From assembly GCA_016184005.1 (NCBI GenBank), contig JACPDL010000001.1:829-64828 (forward strand): a stretch of 64,000 bases of DNA, read 5' to 3'. The notes beneath the pieces were generated by a model that was not told where the DNA came from, searched no databases, and was given only the letters and a program-made list of their open reading frames with translations. Below are positions 62,020 through 64,000 of this stretch, piece after piece (within the stretch, counting starts at the first letter, position 1; every line of letters starts with the position of its first letter). The translations under genes and the position numbers were made by a program. The DNA comes from Candidatus Aenigmatarchaeota archaeon (GTDB lineage: Archaea; Aenigmatarchaeota; Aenigmatarchaeia; GW2011-AR5).

Positions 62020-62589
62020 TTATAATGTGCAGCCTGTCAGCTGCGTGTACAAGCTCACGGGCTGTATGCCATAGTAGACCTGGTTTCCGTAAGCTGTTGC
62101 AGGCACGCTTGTTATGTTAAGGTTTACGCATGTCTGCAGGCTCCTGCTGCAGTCGAAGAATACCCTGCCTGAGAAGCTGCCTAATGCCCGCAGCTGCTGC
62201 AGCGTATTCACATCGGTGTTGCTTCCAAAGACTACAATGCCCCGCGACAGCAGGCACTGGGAAAAGTTATCCTCCCTGAGAATGCGCGACGTGTAGGCAT
62301 CGAGCCTTTCGACATTGCCCAGAAGAAGGCTGCCGTCTTTCGTCACATATATTTCCTGCAACGTTGTCGTGTTGGCAGCCCTCAGCAGCACGCGATAGAT
62401 TCCGCTCTCCTCCTTGGCGCTGAGAACCTCAATGCTCGCCCCGAGCACAGTATAAGCTTCCTGTATCTTTTTCACTGCTGTCTCGCTGGAAGGCTGCTGG
62501 AACTGGCTGGAAAAGACAGCTATCCCGGAGACAATAATTATTACAGCAACACCCAGCACCATCACGTGCAGGTTCTTGGGAGCTTTCAT
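62020..62589 (-). CDS. Membrane-anchored hypothetical protein, possibly with a thioredoxin-like fold lacking CxxC
   Basis: It has an N-terminal TM anchor. The C-terminal ...IVVFGS...LNITSVPATAYGNQVYYG pattern is thioredoxin-like. Support for this is weak. Confidence 0.4.
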   Translation of the reverse strand: MKAPKNLHVMVLGVAVIIIVSGIAVFSSQFQQPSSETAVKKIQEAYTVLGASIEVLSAKEESGIYRVLLRAANTTTLQEIYVTKDGSLLLGNVERLDAYTSRILREDNFSQCLLSRGIVVFGSNTDVNTLQQLRALGSFSGRVFFDCSRSLQTCVNLNITSVPATAYGNQVYYGIQPVSLYTQLTGCTL

Positions 62590-62680
62590 CGAAAATACTA
62601 GCCATCTAATCTTCTAAAGCCTTTCCTCCGGAGAAATTGTAATGTTTGCGTGATTAATTGGATTGTGTAAAACAAATTTC

Positions 62681-62986
62681 CTAGTCGTAAAGCCCGCCGC
62701 GGGCAACATCGTAGATTATCAGCAGCAGGCCGAGAAACAGGATCAGGTTACCGTATAAATCATAGGGCTTCGGGAATGTCTGCGTAAGCGCTGTTGCTTT
62801 CAGCAACGCCCCAAGCACTGCAGCGACGACGCCTGCAGCAGCTATAGGGTATTTCTGTTTCTTCTTCTTTGCCCAGCCAAAGCACCGCTTGCATTTCACG
62901 ACAACTTTGCCAAATCCAATCTCAAGCGTGCCGTCGTCTTTGCTTTTGCCCCGCTTTTTTCTTGCAGGCATTATAGAAATTGTCAA
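62681..62986 (-). CDS. Small membrane protein
   Basis: A 101-aa ORF with a basic N-terminus, a CKRC pair and two TM helices. Confidence 0.4.
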   Translation of the reverse strand: MTISIMPARKKRGKSKDDGTLEIGFGKVVVKCKRCFGWAKKKKQKYPIAAAGVVAAVLGALLKATALTQTFPKPYDLYGNLILFLGLLLIIYDVARGGLYD

Positions 62987-63089
62987 AAGCGGGATATAAA
63001 GTTATTCCGGCAGACAAGTAACTAGTATTTGATTATGTTTTCTTTTGCCAATATTCCAGATTTTTCCCATGTTTTCTGAGTAAATTTCT

Positions 63090-63150
63090 TTCCAGATTTT
63101 CTTAGCAGATTCTTTTTCCAGATTCTCTTAGCAGATTCTTTTTCCAAGGT
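63090..63150. repeat. Tandem direct repeat of about 26 nt, roughly 2.5 copies
   Basis: TTCCAGATTTTCTTAGCAGATTCTTT / TTCCAGATTCTCTTAGCAGATTCTTT / TTCCAAGG...; it lies downstream of the LamG gene stop codon. Confidence 0.8.
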
Positions 63151-63173
63151 TTTTCTTTTAAAGAAAAAGCTTT

Positions 63174-64000
63174 TTAGCACGCGTTCCCCCAGTTCACGAA
63201 CGCCTCTATGGCGAGTGTTATCAACGAGCCTGCATTCGGCTGTATCCTGCAGTCCGTGGCTGTCACGTTGCTGTTCCTGAAGATGACCGTCCCTGAACTG
63301 CCCTGTATGAATATGTTTGTCACCTGTATGCTCTTCCCGTCTATGACGCAGTTGTCTGAAGCCTCTATCGTCCAGTTCACCGGGTTCCCTTGGTTGAGAG
63401 GAGGGGGATTGCAGGTCAGGGCTTCCCCGCCCCCCACTGAAATGAACGTGCTCGGCACATACTGGTTATTGTACTCCGTCTTTATCTGGTCGGGGTTCAG
63501 CGTGCCGTTGTAAATCCTGACTTCTGTCATCTTGCCGTCGAATGTTCTGGCAAGCGAACTTCCCGGAGCATCAGAGTTGCCGATTACCAGATTGAAGGCT
63601 GCGTCACTTACATAAGCTCCAGATGGCAGCACTCCATCCCTGAATGTCGCTATCAGGCTGCCGTTCCTGTAAAACGTTGCGTTTGTCGTGGCAGCCGCAG
63701 AAACGTTGTAAGTAACTACTGTGTGCTGCCATGAATTTGTTCTCATCGTGTTGTTCGCGGCATTGTAGAATCCATCGTTTGTCGCAAAGTCTATGTTCAT
63801 TCTCGTGGTTTGCTTTGTCGTTGAATTGGTATTGCCCACGAAGAGAAGCCAGCTCTGCTTGTCCATTATCCTGCCGAAGCTGCTTTCCCCGTATGTGTCG
63901 GCGTTGACCCATGCGACCAATGAAAACTGTTTGAGATTGTTTATCACGGCGTTCTGTGTGACGTTGATGCCGTCATCTGCGCCATCAAAGTTATTTGCGC
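63174..64000 (-). CDS. LamG/concanavalin-like domain secreted protein; 5' end lies outside the window
   Basis: ...FDGADDGINV...FSLVAWV...FDGKMTEVRIYNGTL is the Laminin_G_3 pattern. The reading frame stays open upstream of the track start (GTG at 63947) to the window edge. Confidence 0.75.
   Translation of the reverse strand, partial: ANNFDGADDGINVTQNAVINNLKQFSLVAWVNADTYGESSFGRIMDKQSWLLFVGNTNSTTKQTTRMNIDFATNDGFYNAANNTMRTNSWQHTVVTYNVSAAATTNATFYRNGSLIATFRDGVLPSGAYVSDAAFNLVIGNSDAPGSSLARTFDGKMTEVRIYNGTLNPDQIKTEYNNQYVPSTFISVGGGEALTCNPPPLNQGNPVNWTIEASDNCVIDGKSIQVTNIFIQGSSGTVIFRNSNVTATDCRIQPNAGSLITLAIEAFVNWGNAC

Overview
This is an archaeal chromosome segment. The archaeal markers are TFB, aIF2-beta, aIF5A with deoxyhypusine synthase, a histone, L15e, S3Ae, S26e, RNase P proteins Pop5 and Rpp30, Hel308, an ATP-dependent DNA ligase, and the ether-lipid genes G1P dehydrogenase, GGGP synthase and GGPP synthase. 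Tight gene packing, many 4-nt overlaps and multi-intron tRNAs suggest a small-genome uncultivated lineage, possibly DPANN-like (inference only). I call about 80 CDS and two tRNA-Pro genes: GGG with two non-canonical introns, and CGG with one canonical intron.

Other content:
- A type IV pilus (Epd/Tad-like) assembly locus with a split platform protein, plus a prepilin peptidase and an archaeosortase elsewhere in the window.
- A UDP-GlcNAc operon (glmS, SDR, glmU-like).
- Bacterial-type coaD and coaE.
- Toxin-antitoxin-like genes: AbrB, Doc, Fic, PIN and an NTase-HEPN fusion.
- A 935-aa cysteine-rich repeat surface protein lying in a GC-rich mosaic island.

The most unusual signal is non-coding. 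Almost every intergenic spacer is built from a small vocabulary of short hairpin modules, grouped into several repeat families. They are often nested inside each other's loops and usually start right at stop codons. Their stems show compensatory covariation, and one module is shared between a tRNA intron and an operon spacer.

A divergent five-gene cluster of uncharacterised proteins (17450-22455) is the best protein-level candidate for an undescribed system. No CRISPR array, rRNA gene, transposase or integrase was seen. All repeat coordinates are accurate to within a few nt. All homology calls come from motif recognition by eye, not from searches.
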